Source of the DNA: Mobula hypostoma
Lineage: Eukaryota
Direction: 5' to 3'
Length of the DNA: 64,000 nt
Assembly: GCF_963921235.1 (NCBI RefSeq)
Contig: NC_086102.1
Coordinates: 174,034,001 to 174,098,000 of the forward strand
Position 1 is the first letter of the stretch. Each line of letters starts with the position of its first letter. The notes beneath the pieces were generated by a model. The model saw only the letters and a list, made by a program, of their open reading frames with translations, did no database searches and was not told where the DNA came from. A program made the translations under genes and the position numbers. Of the stretch, positions 51,461-64,000 are shown piece by piece.

Positions 51461-54448
51461 TGGGAAAAAAAGGGAAAGGGGATCCTCATGAGTGGCTGTA
51501 CAAAGGAAACAACGTTTACAGTGTGCGAGAGAGGATGTATTCGTCACAATACTCACTGTTATCATGAGAGCCGTGTCCGAAATTAGAAATGTTAAATCAT
51601 GCATTTGCAAAGTTTAAACTGAATGTTAAAAACTCGGTAATCCTTTTAAGAAATTATTTTTCATTATGTGCTGCAATCTTGCAGACTTGAGAATTTGTGG
51701 ATATGTTTGGTTTTTTTTCCGTTTTTAAGTGATATAAGTAATCAACATTGTGGTTCCATAAGAGAAATACACGTCATAAATGTATTTTTTTCCTCAGAGC
51801 TTAGACAGTGATTGAAACTTATTTACGCATTTTGCTCCATTTATCTCGCTCTCCTCCCAGATCTACCAAATATCCACACCAAAAGTAACTGTGGTCATTT
51901 TTTCAAAGGTTCGATCACCCCACTGACAAATTTTCGGTACATAATTGGAGGAATCGCTGAGATTTTTTTTTAAGTAACGCAAGTTTTAAATATTATGGTT
52001 AACTTTTATAATCTGTTCATGTTTATCCAGCTTCGGCTATTTAAGCAAAACCCAACAGTTACAACATCTCCGCTATAAATAGAAATTGTTGCGTATTCTC
52101 GGCTCGGCGGCAACCATGTGGGGTTGATGTTTGAGTCAATGGCTCTTCTTCTGCACTGATTATTCCCAGAATTTTCTGCTTTTATGCCAGATCTGCAGCA
52201 TTTTCGCCTTTCTGCACTAGATTTTAGCTACTTCGACCAGCTTGTTTGCAACACTCTAAATGTTTTCAATAATTAGTCAAAGGATATTTGGCATACTCTT
52301 TTAGAGACAAACAAGAGAAAATCTGCAGATGCCGGAAATTGGAGCAATACATCAAAATGCTGGAAGAGCTCAGAGGGCCAGGCGGCATCTATGGAAAAGA
52401 CGTTTCCGGCCGAGACCTTTCATGGGCACTTACTTTTGTAGTGATCTTAATCCAATCCAATCGTGTATTTATTGGAAGAGTGACACATAGGAAAATGGCT
52501 CTTGGTGGAATCGGACCCATCTCTGCAACCACAGTTGGCAAATCCACTGAGGAACACCTTAACAATGGAGAAGCAGCTCAGCATGGCAACTTGATCTTTC
52601 CCTTGAAATCTAATCAATGGAACTGCTTTAACAGTTTACCCTAAGAAAATCCCTCATCAGATAAATTGTATTAAACTTCTGCCATAATCATTATCAATGT
52701 ACAACTTTTTCAATGGGGCAGCCAAAACATCACTCATTTTCCCTACAATACCAACAGCCTCATCACTGAATGGGAATCAGAAGCACGTTTTATTATCTGA
52801 TGCGAAATTTGGCAATTTGCAGTAAGAGCACAGTGCAAAGATATAAAACTAATATAAATGACAGAAGAAGTAAATAATACAAGGAAGAACCAATGATGAA
52901 GAGTTTGCTCTTGGGCGGTTCCAAAGTCTGATGACCGAAGGGAAGAAGCTGTTCTCGAATCACTCAGTGTGGGTCTTCAGACTCTTTCCTGATGGTAGCC
53001 ACCAGAAGAGGAACGTCCCAGATGGTGAATGTCTTTAATGATGGGTGTCGCCTTGAGGCCCTGCCTCTTGCAGATGTTCTTAGTGGGAAGGCTTGTGCTG
53101 GCTGAGTCTATAATGCTCTACAGCTTCTTTCGATCTTGTGCCCGTGATGCAACCACTCAGAATGCTTTCCATTGTACACCTAGAGGAATTTACAAGAGTC
53201 TTGGTCATTATTTTTGTTATTTTGTTCTTAAGCTCTGTGTCCAAAAAAATAAATAATTTTTTTATTTATTCATTTATGGGATGTGGAAATCACCACCTAA
53301 GCCAGCATTTATTGCCCTTGAGAAGGTGGTGATGAGCTGCCTTCTTGAACCACTGCAGTCCCTGAGTTGCAGGTACACCCACAGTGCTGTTAGGGAGGGA
53401 ATTCCATGATTTTGACCCAGCGACAATGAAGGAACTGTGATATGTTTCCATGTCAGGATGGTGAGTGACTTGGAGGGGGATTTCCAAGTGGCGGTGTTCT
53501 CCTCTTTCTGCATGGTAGTGGTCCTGGGTCTGGAAGGTGCTGCCTTAAGAACTTCAGGCGATATTAACCCAAGTATAGAGGGACAGCCTTCAGCTCATAA
53601 GCAGTTAGGTTTACTATTGGAAACTAATATCACTTTCACACCATTGAGAAGGAGATGTTTTAAAGACAAAGCCCAAACTGTGAAACAGAGACATTGTTAT
53701 ACCTTTCATGGAGAGTCTCATTTACAAAAAATCTCCCTTCAGCACAAAGGCATACCTTCCTTCTTTCAGGGAAACACTCACCCTAACCTGCACAAACAAT
53801 TGTTTTCCAGAAACATCCTTAACTTTTTTGGTTGAGAGGTCACTGTTTCCCACTATCTAATGGCATGGACCCTTATCCAATGTCATGATAGTCTGCAAGG
53901 ATAATTGCAGCTGTAATTTCTATCCAATGTTGTCAGAGCAAAGACTTCCAGCAAGATCTTGCACTCCAATAGTTAATTTGGCATTCCAAGTGGGAAAGCA
54001 GTACATGTTTGTGCACACTGTTTGCAGCTGCTCACATCAGTGCCAGGGTCCGAACTATATCACGCATGCAGCAAGGTGTCACATCTTATCTTCTCATTGG
54101 CATAAAATCTAAACACTGTCACCCACACAAGAACTATTTGCACTCCAGTTGGCTGCTGTTGCTATAGAAATCACACTGAAAATGATTGTTTGCAAATGTG
54201 TACACTACGTATGTCTGCCTACACCTGTCAGAGAGCGTTTCCTACAAACTGCGAAACAAATTCCATCCTAGTTAAATATGGTTAAATTCCAAAAATCATT
54301 TATGGTCAAAAGCTTATCCACACCTGTACAAATGTTCTTTTCTCTGCAACCTTTTTTTTATTTCAGAAGAATACCTGGGGGTTGTCCAGTAAAGAGTTAT
54401 GACTGAATGGACAATTTATAAGCAAAAAAAATACAATATATTACAGAT

Positions 54449-54730
54449 GGGGTGGCACTGTAGCAGTGTTGTTGCAGCACCTTACAGTACCTGCAACCCA
54501 GGTTGAATTCCCTCCGCTGTCTGTAAGGAGCTTGTACATTCTCCCCATGTGCATGTGGATTTCCTCTGGGTGCTCTGGTTTCCTCCTACAGTCCAAAGAC
54601 GTACCAGCTGATAGGTTAATTGGTCATTGTAAATTGTCCTGTGATCAGGCTAGGGTTAAGTTGGGCATTGCTGGGCGCATGACTGGAAGGACTGGAAGGG
54701 GCTATTCTGCACTGTGTCTCAATAAATAAT
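54449..54730 (+). mobile_element. V-SINE (HE1-like)
   Basis: tRNA-like head plus V-domain GGATTTCCTCTGGGTGCTCTGGTTTCCTCC.ACAGTCCAAAGACGT...GGTTAATTGG; degenerate reverse copy at ~13790-13975. Confidence 0.85.
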
Positions 54731-55859
54731 CGATTTGTTAATGTTAGATTACTCCAATTAATATTATATGCAGTGAAATATTCTATCCTTGTAAAATAAA
54801 AATATAATGAACTGCATTTCACAAATCTACAGATTTTTACGTTACAAACGTGTCCGGCATCTGCTGTGTATCAGATGAGCAGTAATCATGCAGTTTCCTT
54901 GAGGATATATGACTTGAGAATTTCATACTGTATTTAAGCAATAAATGCAGGAGGGAAACTGCATAGCTTTCAAAATCGGTAAAGAATAAAATAGCATAAA
55001 TTCTCAGGTGTAAACCCTTTGAGCATAGACTTTCCATTTTGCTGTTCATTAATTACATGGCATTAGCAGCAGAGAATCAATCATTAGGAAGGGACTTCTT
55101 TTGCATATCCTTTGCCTTCCACAGGACTATTTATCTCCTTTGTCAATAGGACAGCTCACATGCAAGCCTTACAATGGGACAACCTCCCAGTTGGTATATT
55201 GATGACGTCAGGGGACTCAGCCAAGCTTCCCTCAAAGTAGAGCTAATCTTCAGAACAAATGGTAAAAAGTTTAACCTGTGGTAACTACACTCCACAACCA
55301 AGGTCATCAGGACTTCATGGTCACACTGAGTATCCACACGATAATTGCATTTGCACAAGATTAGAGCGTTCTGAAAAAAATCTCTTAAGATATTGTTTAT
55401 TTGTTCACCATTGGACCAGAGAAGACAGAGCTTACACTCAATACCTGCAAAACCGAAGTTCACCGCCAGCCTCCTTCCTCTACCCTCAGCAATGCCATGC
55501 AGGCAATGAAAAGGATTCACGGATTCGCTTAGAGCTTCCTTTGAAGAAACGTGTCATGCTCTGGGAACCTCTAGCTTAAAGCCATTCAAAGCGCAGAAGA
55601 AATAATTGTGATAAGCTCATTCACTGAGAGTAGACAGGAGTCCTGCAGAACTGGCAGAAGGAATGCAGTACTTCCCAGGCTTCCGATTGCCTGCCCTGAT
55701 TGCCACCTCCGTATCTTACTGCCCATAACGCCGCTGGCATTTTGGGGCAGCAATGAAGACCTTGCAACTCTGGTGGTGTTCAGAGCTTCCTTCATCGTTT
55801 CAGTAGCTTCCTCTCAGTTTTCACTACTGTCATTCATGCAAGTCCCAGGTGGAGACTCA

Positions 55860-56121
55860 GGGATACCATCGCACTCAGATTCTTCATTGCTGTTGCTATA
55901 ACAACTTTGTTTTACCAGTAGGGTTGTTAGACCTGAACTGAACCTCTGAACCTGGAGAACCGGTGGACCACTTTTAGTCTGGCCTCTACCTTTTGACCTG
56001 TTTGGCATGGGGTCCCTACCAAGAGCCAAAGCATAAAGCCCTGACTCCAGCCAACATAGCTCTCCGGGTCATTGAGGCACACAAACCTCCAAGCCACAAT
56101 AAGGTTGTGGTCCACTTGGAG
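55860..56121. repeat. Second copy of the repeat at 1-268
   Basis: Direct similarity. Confidence 0.8.
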
Positions 56122-56344
56122 GTCCTGTCCCATCTGCAGTCCCTATATTATAGAGTGATACAGCACAGAAACAGGAACTTTAGTCCAACTCAAGCTTGCC
56201 ACCCACGTTGTACATTTATCCTCATTAGCCGTTTCAGACCGTAAAAAAACCAGAATGAAAGCAAATCACCTTCAATCTAAGTAGTTAGAACAGACTGAAC
56301 TACAAGAAACTGCTAAGGATGAAATCTTACATTTGAATTTTACA

Positions 56345-57106
56345 AGAAGAAGATGGCGCGTACAAACAAAGCAACCAAGGGCAACATGCTCCAGACTGTT
56401 CACGAAACTACTTCTTTCACTTCCTTTATGTTTTCTTTTTCATTCAAATGTGGTTCTCCCACTGTTGGAGCCCATGATCAAAATTTTGGTGGTGTGTTTT
56501 TCCGTCCGATTGAGCGATCTGGCGTTTTGCTGTCTCCAAGGGTGTCTCCAGCAAAGCGTGTGGCCCCAAGGCCAAGAAGCCTGGAGATGGAGCATGAGCC
56601 CATAATTAACTCCATTTCTCACTAATTAAACTGCCCAGGAAGATTGAAAGCATCGAGGCAAGTGCGGAAGGCAAGAGGTGTACTGCGCCGTTTACCAGCC
56701 TCTTGCTCGCTGTTGGAGGATGGTGCCTAAGTCCTGGGTACTGTACAAGGTAATCGACGTGGCTTGTGGATTGGTATCTGTAGTTTGTGTTATGATGTGT
56801 TTCTCGTTTCTGGTACCTCCTTTCTTTGTTGCTAATTTGGGCAGTTTTGAATCGGAGTGGCCTGCAGAAAATGAACACTAAACTGAACTCTTTCAATTAT
56901 GTGTTTTATATTCTGTATTTTACATTTGTTTTTTTTGTTGCCATTTGTGAGATTTGTTTTTCATTGCACGTGGGGAAGGGGGGTCTTGATGTTTGTTCTC
57001 TGAACAAGTTCCATAGTTGTCTTTGTTTCATGGCTGACTGTGGGGAAGACGAGTCTCACAGTTGGGTACTGCATACATGCTTTGATAATAAATCTTTGAA
57101 TCTTTG
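56345..57106 (+). mobile_element. Non-autonomous retroelement with YY1-like head and Rex1-like tail
   Basis: AAGATGGCG at 56350; tail TTTGATAATAAATCTTTGAATCTTTG. Confidence 0.55.
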
Positions 57107-58550
57107 CGTATGGATAATGCATAAACAATGACATAAAAGTGTGGCTATCGGCTTGGCTTTTTTTAATCTTTGCAATTGTGATGAAATCAATATTGTTGCC
57201 TGAGCCCTTCAGTCATTCATTAAAATAATCCAAGGTACAAAAGGAAAGAGGCTTGTATGGTGCAGTTAGGTTGACCTTAACTACTTAAAAACTAACGTGA
57301 AAGTCAATTGTAACATATAATTTTCTAAATATGTGCTATTTGCAATCCTTGCAATTGCACAAATACTATTGTACTTAATTGATGTTTGTCAACTAATATG
57401 GTAAGTGATTTCTCTGGATAATAACAAGGACAGACAAGTCTGATGCTCATCAAAATAATCTCAATAAGACAGAGTGCTCAACTAGCGGGCATTTAATCTG
57501 ATGTGTAGGGAAGTAGAAATATGTAGCTTGCTTTGAAAATCTAAAATATTAAGTGAACAGAAGTGTGGTATGGTAGTACTTCAAACTCCTTTGCAGTGCC
57601 TGTGTGGGAGCAAATATTCCAGGAATTTGATGACAGAACTATTCAGGATAAGGAGCAGAGTTGGTGAGCTCACTGTGAAGGCGAGTCAGGGCAGCACCCA
57701 GGCACTCCGTAAAGTAGAACACAGATAATTAACATAAATGGAGTGGTAATGCTCTGAGAGTCACCCCTCTGAGACTCATTACCTCTATTTTCCTCCATTC
57801 ATGCTCCTCTGATATTATGGATGCAAACCCAAGAAACACCTGCCTCCTAGCCACATGTCATCTTTGCATCCTGTACACGCATTTAGTTACATATCTGATT
57901 AAGACCTAGAATAGACACTTTGTGACAGGTAACCTTGGATCACAATTTGACATCTATAGAATCAGCTTTGAAGTGAAGCAAAGGTTTTCTCAGTAACTTT
58001 TGCATGGATTTGTATATTAATGAAATGAAAATCCAATGTTATCTTCTGCTTGGTCATGTAATGCCCATTGATTGTAAATTGCTTGAGGTCACTTCATAGT
58101 CAATAATTCTGTAATTATCTCTGCATTTCCCAAGCTGGTTCAAATAAAATTTGTAAACATTTTCCAATGCCTGCAGGCCTGGCTTTTATCAAATGCCTCA
58201 GACTTTCCATGAATACTGAACAATCAAAATACAGAACTCAGCGGTTGATAATCTTATGTTGTGTAACAGGGGATTTGTCTGTGAGAAACTAATAATACTA
58301 TTCCTTAAAACAGAAGAATAAGTACTGGAGTCCTTTATTTTGGATGGATGGAAACGGCTCCTGTGTTCCCCAGTTTGGTGACAATTCTGGAAAGTCCTTG
58401 CTTTCCCGTCTTTAATAGCTTGTTCTTCCTTTCAGATTATGTGATTTCCCCCTCTGAAATTACTTTTAAATCATATCATAATAACTACGAATACCAACGA
58501 AGAAAACTGATCAACTTCATGCAAAACATAAAGCAAACAAAAATACGTCC

Positions 58551-58622
58551 TGGAGATGCCGGGGATTGAACCCGGGACCTCACACATGCGAAGCGCGCGC
58601 TCTACCACTGAGCTACATCCCC
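58551..58622 (-). tRNA. tRNA-Ala (anticodon CGC)
   Basis: GGGGATGTAGCTCAGTGGTAGAGCGCGCGCTTCGCATGTGTGAGGTCCCGGGTTCAATCCCCGGCATCTCCA; 72 nt cloverleaf, G3:U70 identity pair, A and B boxes, T5 terminator at 58543-58539. Confidence 0.98.
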
Positions 58623-58951
58623 AAGTGCATATTCACAGTTTAAATGAAAGGTGAAATTAATATAACTCAACTGCGGATTTAAAGTATTTCGCTGGAAGTT
58701 TGTAGTTGCATTCAAACAACCATCTAAGAACTTGTTCGTAAAGAAGGCGACGGTCACCAGCAAGTTTTAATTTTTCACGCTCTCCTCTCCGGTTAGTGCG
58801 ACTCTGAGTTTATTTCCTGGTACCTCGATCAGAGGAATAACAATAAGAAAGATCTAGGGAAGCCTAACTTTTCCCACGAGTGAAACATACGCATGACTTC
58901 TAGACAGGAACTAAAATGAAATAAACGGAGTAAGAGAAAAAAAAGCAATGT

Positions 58952-59022
58952 TGCATCGGCCGGGAATCGAACCCGGGCCTCCCGCGTGGCAGGCGAGAAT
59001 TCTACCACTGAACCACCGATGC
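58952..59022 (-). tRNA. tRNA-Gly (anticodon GCC)
   Basis: GCATCGGTGGTTCAGTGGTAGAATTCTCGCCTGCCACGCGGGAGGCCCGGGTTCGATTCCCGGCCGATGCA; 71 nt cloverleaf, T8 terminator at 58944-58937. Confidence 0.98.
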
Positions 59023-59854
59023 ATACAGTAAACACTTTGCAGATATGGTAAAGGAGGAAAACCTCCTGTTCGGTATTTTCTAGCGTTTTAGCAGAATTCC
59101 GGAATCCAGAGCAGCAAACAATCTAACACAACCAGGAACTCAGCAGAATCTGTGAGAACAGAAGGAATTGTCGACGTTTCAAATCGAAATCCTCCATGAC
59201 GACTGCGAATGGAGAGGGGAACTAGCTAGTTTAAAGAGGATAGGACGAGTGGCCTCTGATCTGTATCGACAAATGTTCGCCGCTTGCAGTACCGGATCAC
59301 ATTTCATAATACGCAGGGTAGAGAATATTGTTGATTCCCTAACAAATGAGTAAAGCGGTTTGAGTAGAGCTCTGATGAAGAGTCTTGCCTGGCATTTTCT
59401 GCTTTTATTAAAGGAGTTTCTCCTTTATGCAGTCCTAAACGGTGTCCCTCTTATTCCGGGAACACAAACAGAACCATTAAATTCGTGCAGACAACCAAGC
59501 AGCTATTTACACTAATTCTATACTAATCCCATTGTCACAATATCCGTAGTTTCAGACTACTCACTGTGGGGAGGCAATCTCTCTGTGCCTATCTTTTAGA
59601 GCCCTTAGTATTGTCAGGGCTTCTTGATGTCACATTCAGTCTAAATCAGCCTTAATATCAGCCAAATAGGTGGTCACGGAAGGCAGAGGAATGGCTACCG
59701 AATTGCTTCAAGTCAGTGAACTGGGTCGGCCCAGTTCAAGGACTCATCTGTGGATCTGAATGAATACAGGATGGTTGTCACATACTTTATTATAAGAGTT
59801 GTAGACAAGTGTGTCCCCACAAAATCATTCAGTTTTTCCAAACCAGAAATCCTG

Positions 59855-61830
59855 GGTGAACTATGAGATCCACAATCTACTGAGGGCCAGATCAGAGGCA
59901 TTCAAGTCTGGTGACCAAGAATGTTACAAGAGGTTGTGGTCTTCCAAAAGCCATCTCATGGGTGAAGTGTTAATTCTGGACTAAACTTGAATCAACGAAG
60001 GAAGCTCGACAGTTGTGGCAGTGCTTGAATACTATCACTTCTTCTAAGGTTAAATCAAGCGACATAAGCAATTGCAGGGCTTCACCTCCAGGTGAGCTCA
60101 ATACCCTCTTTGCTCGCTTTGCCCGTCAAATATGGAAGAGCCATCACAAACTCCCACAGCCCTGATGATCCTGTGATTTCAATCTCTGTCTGAGGCCAAT
60201 GTGCGAGCAGAGAGTGAACCCATGAAAAACACCTGGCCTGGATGGGGTACCTGGCCAAGTACTGAAAACCTGTGCTGAGCAACTGGCTGGAGTGTTCACT
60301 CAGACCTTTAACTTCTCACTTCAGCGGTCTGAGGTACTCACCTACTTCAAGCAGGCTTCAATTATACCGGTGCCCAAAAAGAACGTGGTAACCTGCCGCG
60401 GTGACTATCGACCAGTAGCACTTACATCCACAGTGATAAATTATTTTGAGAAGTATGGTGATGAAACATATCAACTCCTGCCTCAGAAGCAATGAGGATC
60501 CACTCCAATTTGCCTAACATTACCACAGGTCCACAGAAGATGCCATCTCATTGGCTCTTCATTCAACCTTGGAACATCTGAACAGCAAAGATGCATACAT
60601 CAGGATGCTCTTTCTCGACTATTGCTCGGCATTCAATACCATCATCCCCTCAAAACTAACCAATAAACTTAAAGACCTTGGCCTCAAGACCTTCTTGTGC
60701 AATTTTATTACTTGCGAACCCCAATCAGTTTGAATTGTCAACAACATCTCCTCCACAATCTCCCTCAGCACAGGGGCACCACAAGGCTGTGTGCTTAGCC
60801 CCCTGCTCTACTCGCTTTACACTATCGACTGTGTGGCTAAGCACAGCTCCAATGCCAAGTTCGTTTGCTACTGACATCACTGCCGTTGGCCGAATCAAGG
60901 GTGGTGATGAATCAGCATATAGAAGGAAGATTGAAAATCTGGCTGGTGGTGCCATAAAAACAACCTCTTACACAATGCCAGAAAGACCAAGGAGCTGATT
61001 ATTGACCTCAGGAGAAGGTCCATGAACCATTCCTCATTGTGGGATCAGAGATGGAGAGGGTCAGCAACTTTAAATTTCTCAGTGCTATTATTTTGGAGGA
61101 AGTATTCTGGGCCCAGCATGTAACTGCAATTACAAAAAAAACTCCTACTGCCTTAGGAGTTTGCAAAGATTCTGCATGACATCTAAAACCTTGACAAACT
61201 TCGATAGATGTGTGGTGGAGAGTATATTGACTGGCTGTATCGTGGTCTGCCACGGAAGCACTACTGCCCGGTATGGAAAAGCCTAGAAAAAGTAGTGGTA
61301 GGTCATGGATGAAGCCCTCTCCGTCACTGAGCACAGTTATACAGAGCAGTGTTGCAGGAAAGCAACAGCCTTCATCAAGGACCCCTGCTATCCAGGCCAT
61401 GTTCTTTTTTCACTGCTGCCATTGGAAAGAAGGTATAGGAGCCTCAGGACCTGCACTGCCAGGTTCAGGAACAGTTATTACCCTTCAGCCATCAGGCTCT
61501 TGAAGCTGAGGTGATAACTTCACTTAATTTTACTTGCCTCCTTATTGAACTGTTTCCACAGCATATGGACTCATTTTCAAGGACTCTTCATTTCATGTTC
61601 TCAACATTTATTGCTTATTTATTATCGCTATTTCTTTCTTTTTGTATTTGCACAGATTGATGTCTTTTTCACACTCGTTGAGTGACCAAGATGGTGCGGT
61701 CTTTCATTGATTCTTTAATGGTTATTATTCTACTGTGGATTTGTTGAGTATTCCCCAAGAAAATGAATCTCAGTGTTGTATATGGTGACATATAGGTACT
61801 TTGATAATAAATTTACTTTGCACTTTGAAA
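59855..61830 (+). mobile_element. Rex1/Babar LINE, 5'-truncated RT pseudogene
   Basis: [51 protein letters not shown] (from FADD), ARFRNSYYPSAIRLL; frameshifts and stops; full 3' tail. Confidence 0.93.
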
Positions 61831-62404
61831 GCTCTTGTTACTCTCCCATCTTTTCTGGATTTCAGCTGTTTGATCCATGTTTGAACCAAGGTTGGTTAGG
61901 CCCAGAGCCGAATGGTCCTGGCAGTACACAAGAGATCAGTGCACGGGTTGTTTATGTAATACTGCTACCTGATCGCGCTGTCAGTAACACCTTCTATCAG
62001 TTTGCTAATGATTGCAAGTAGACTGATTGGACAGTAGTCAGCTACATTGACTATCAGCTGTCCTGTTCATCAAAGTTTCTAAATGGCATTCAATGCCTGG
62101 AACATACATTGTTCAATTCAAGATGTAAGGATCTTAGATTCAAATTCTACCTGACACAATTAACTTCTGCCAAGAGCTGCTGACAGGAATAATTGATTCT
62201 GTAAAAATGTTGAAAAGAGTGGATGTTTTTGCCTGTATTTTGGGGCAGTGTCCAATCTCAGACCAAACCATAAATTTGCTAGATGTTTCTCCACGTCTAA
62301 CTGCTTAAATAAGCATTTCTGAATAAACGTTTTCCTTTTCTCTCCTGCGATGTTAATAGTTTTTTTGTGTGTCAGTGTTAAGTAGGAAATCAGCAACAAT
62401 AACA

Positions 62405-62935
62405 AAAGAGAACACTCTTACCGCCCTCCAACCCCAAGGGAATATCAGAATTCCCCTACTCCTTACATTTTACCCAACCACCAATCACATCTTCTTCACT
62501 CTCTCTCATTTCCTGCTTTCCAAGGGTCTGCTCTTTCAGGACTCCCTATTCTGTTCATCTCATCCCCCCACCCTCCTCATCCTGCCACTTTCTCCACGAC
62601 AACTGAGGTAGGTATAAAATCTATTCCTTCAGCTCCTTCCTCTCTGCCATCCAAGGACACAAACAACCCATCCAGGTGAGACAGACATTATCTTCCACCT
62701 CTTCAGTCCTTGTCTATTGCACTGGGTGGCTGCTTCGTAGCCTCTTCTACATTGGTGAACTGGAACACCTGTGGTCTGTTCACCACAGTCATCTTGAGCT
62801 TCCAATTACATGTCATTTTAAATCTGTTTCTCAATCCAGCACTATCTTGTCTGTCTTTGGCCTTCTCTGTTGCTTTGGAGAGACCAAACACAAATTGGAA
62901 GAACAGTATCTCTTATTCTACTTGAGTAGCTAAGA
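62405..62935 (+). mobile_element. Penelope-like element GIY-YIG endonuclease remnant
   Basis: RIPLLLTFYP and LVYC..FYIGE..EHLWSV..LPITCHF..KLEEQYLLFYL. Confidence 0.8.
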
Positions 62936-63214
62936 CCTTCCCTACCCTGGTCATTCTCTCTGCTCCCGTCTCCCATCAAGCAGAAGATACTGACGCTTAA
63001 GAACATGTACCACCTCACCCAAGGAAAATATCTGTTCTATTGTTGTAAGACTCATGACAAATGATATATAATATATACTGCAGATCAGGGAATCCCAATC
63101 TGGTGTCCGTGGACCCCTTGGATAATAGTACCTTATTTATTACCTGCACTGGAGGACAATTTTGCTTGTCCAGTATTTGCTGACAGATGTTCAAATCAAC
63201 AATTGTCAAACAAC

Positions 63215-63635
63215 AAACGAGAGAAAATCTGCAGATGCTGGAAATCCGAGCAACACACACAAAATCCTGGAGGAACTCAGCAGGCCGGGCAGCATCTATA
63301 GAAAAAAGTACAGTCGACATTTCGGGCTGAAACCCTTTGACAGGACTGGAGAAAAAGAAAGCCGAGCAGTAGATGGTGGTTGGGGACGGGGAGAGAACCA
63401 CCTGGTGACAGGTGAAACCTGGAGGGGGAGGGATGAAGTAAAGAGCTGGGAATCTGATTGGTGAGATGAGGTGAGAGAAGGAAAAAGGGATGTGAATTGG
63501 AGAAGGAGGGGCACATCAGTGGAGGAGGCCGTGGATGGACATATCAGAATGGGAATGGGAAGTGGAATTAAAATGGGTGGTGGCCACTGGGAGATCCTGC
63601 TTGTTCTGGTGGACGGAGCGTAGATGCTTGGTGAA
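63215..63635 (-). mobile_element. Penelope-like element 3' end with terminal repeat
   Basis: KHLRSVHQNKQDLPVATTHFNSTSHSHSDMSIHGLLH followed by a pyrimidine-rich UTR and the terminal repeat. Confidence 0.85.
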
Positions 63636-63839
63636 TTGTAAAACGGAAGAATGCAGAAAAGATACAGCAGAGAGCGAGAAGATCAACAGCTTAGATTGGA
63701 CCATTCTGTAAGAATAGCCAATCTGTCAAAGTATTAGAATCAATGCTTAATGCTGAGGCTCCACTAAAGCAGTCATACATCTTTCCTCATGGTTTGCTCT
63801 TCACATCATGGCGCCCATCAGGATGGCACCTATGAAGCA

Positions 63840-64000
63840 CAGTGATGTTATGAGGGCTACATCATCCATCATCAGGGACGCTCACTGTCCAAGACATTCT
63901 CTCTTCTCAATGCTGCTATCAGGAAGAAGTAACAGGAGCCTCAGGACTTACACCGCCAGGTTCAAGAACAATTATTACCCCTCAACCATTATGAACCAAA
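63840..64000 (+). mobile_element. Rex1 3' fragment, running off the window
   Basis: Homologous to 9310-9450. Confidence 0.8.

Overview
Eukaryotic, vertebrate genomic DNA. The repeat set (HE1-like V-SINE, CR1/HER1-like, Rex1/Babar and Penelope elements) points to a cartilaginous fish, probably a batoid; this is an inference. The one protein-coding gene is a complete NR4A2 (Nurr1) orphan nuclear receptor on the minus strand. Its six coding exons (35935-35078, 34371-34242, 34135-33972, 33450-33248, 33102-32924, 32789-32533) total 1791 nt, or 596 aa. It also has two non-coding 5' exons (~38516-38253 and 36535-36414) and a ~1.3 kb 3' UTR. Upstream lie three CRE/MEF2-rich CpG modules (38.5, 39.4 and 51.2 kb, the last with its own splice donor) and a tandem tRNA-Ala(CGC)/tRNA-Gly(GCC) pair at 58.5-59.0 kb. 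The flanks are dense with decayed transposons. These include internally deleted hAT and Chapaev3-like elements with intact TSDs, MITEs, SINEs, and Penelope-derived inverted repeats carrying minimal hammerhead-ribozyme motifs. Most ORFs in the supplied track are spurious or TE debris. Comparisons to human sequence are from memory and need confirming by alignment.
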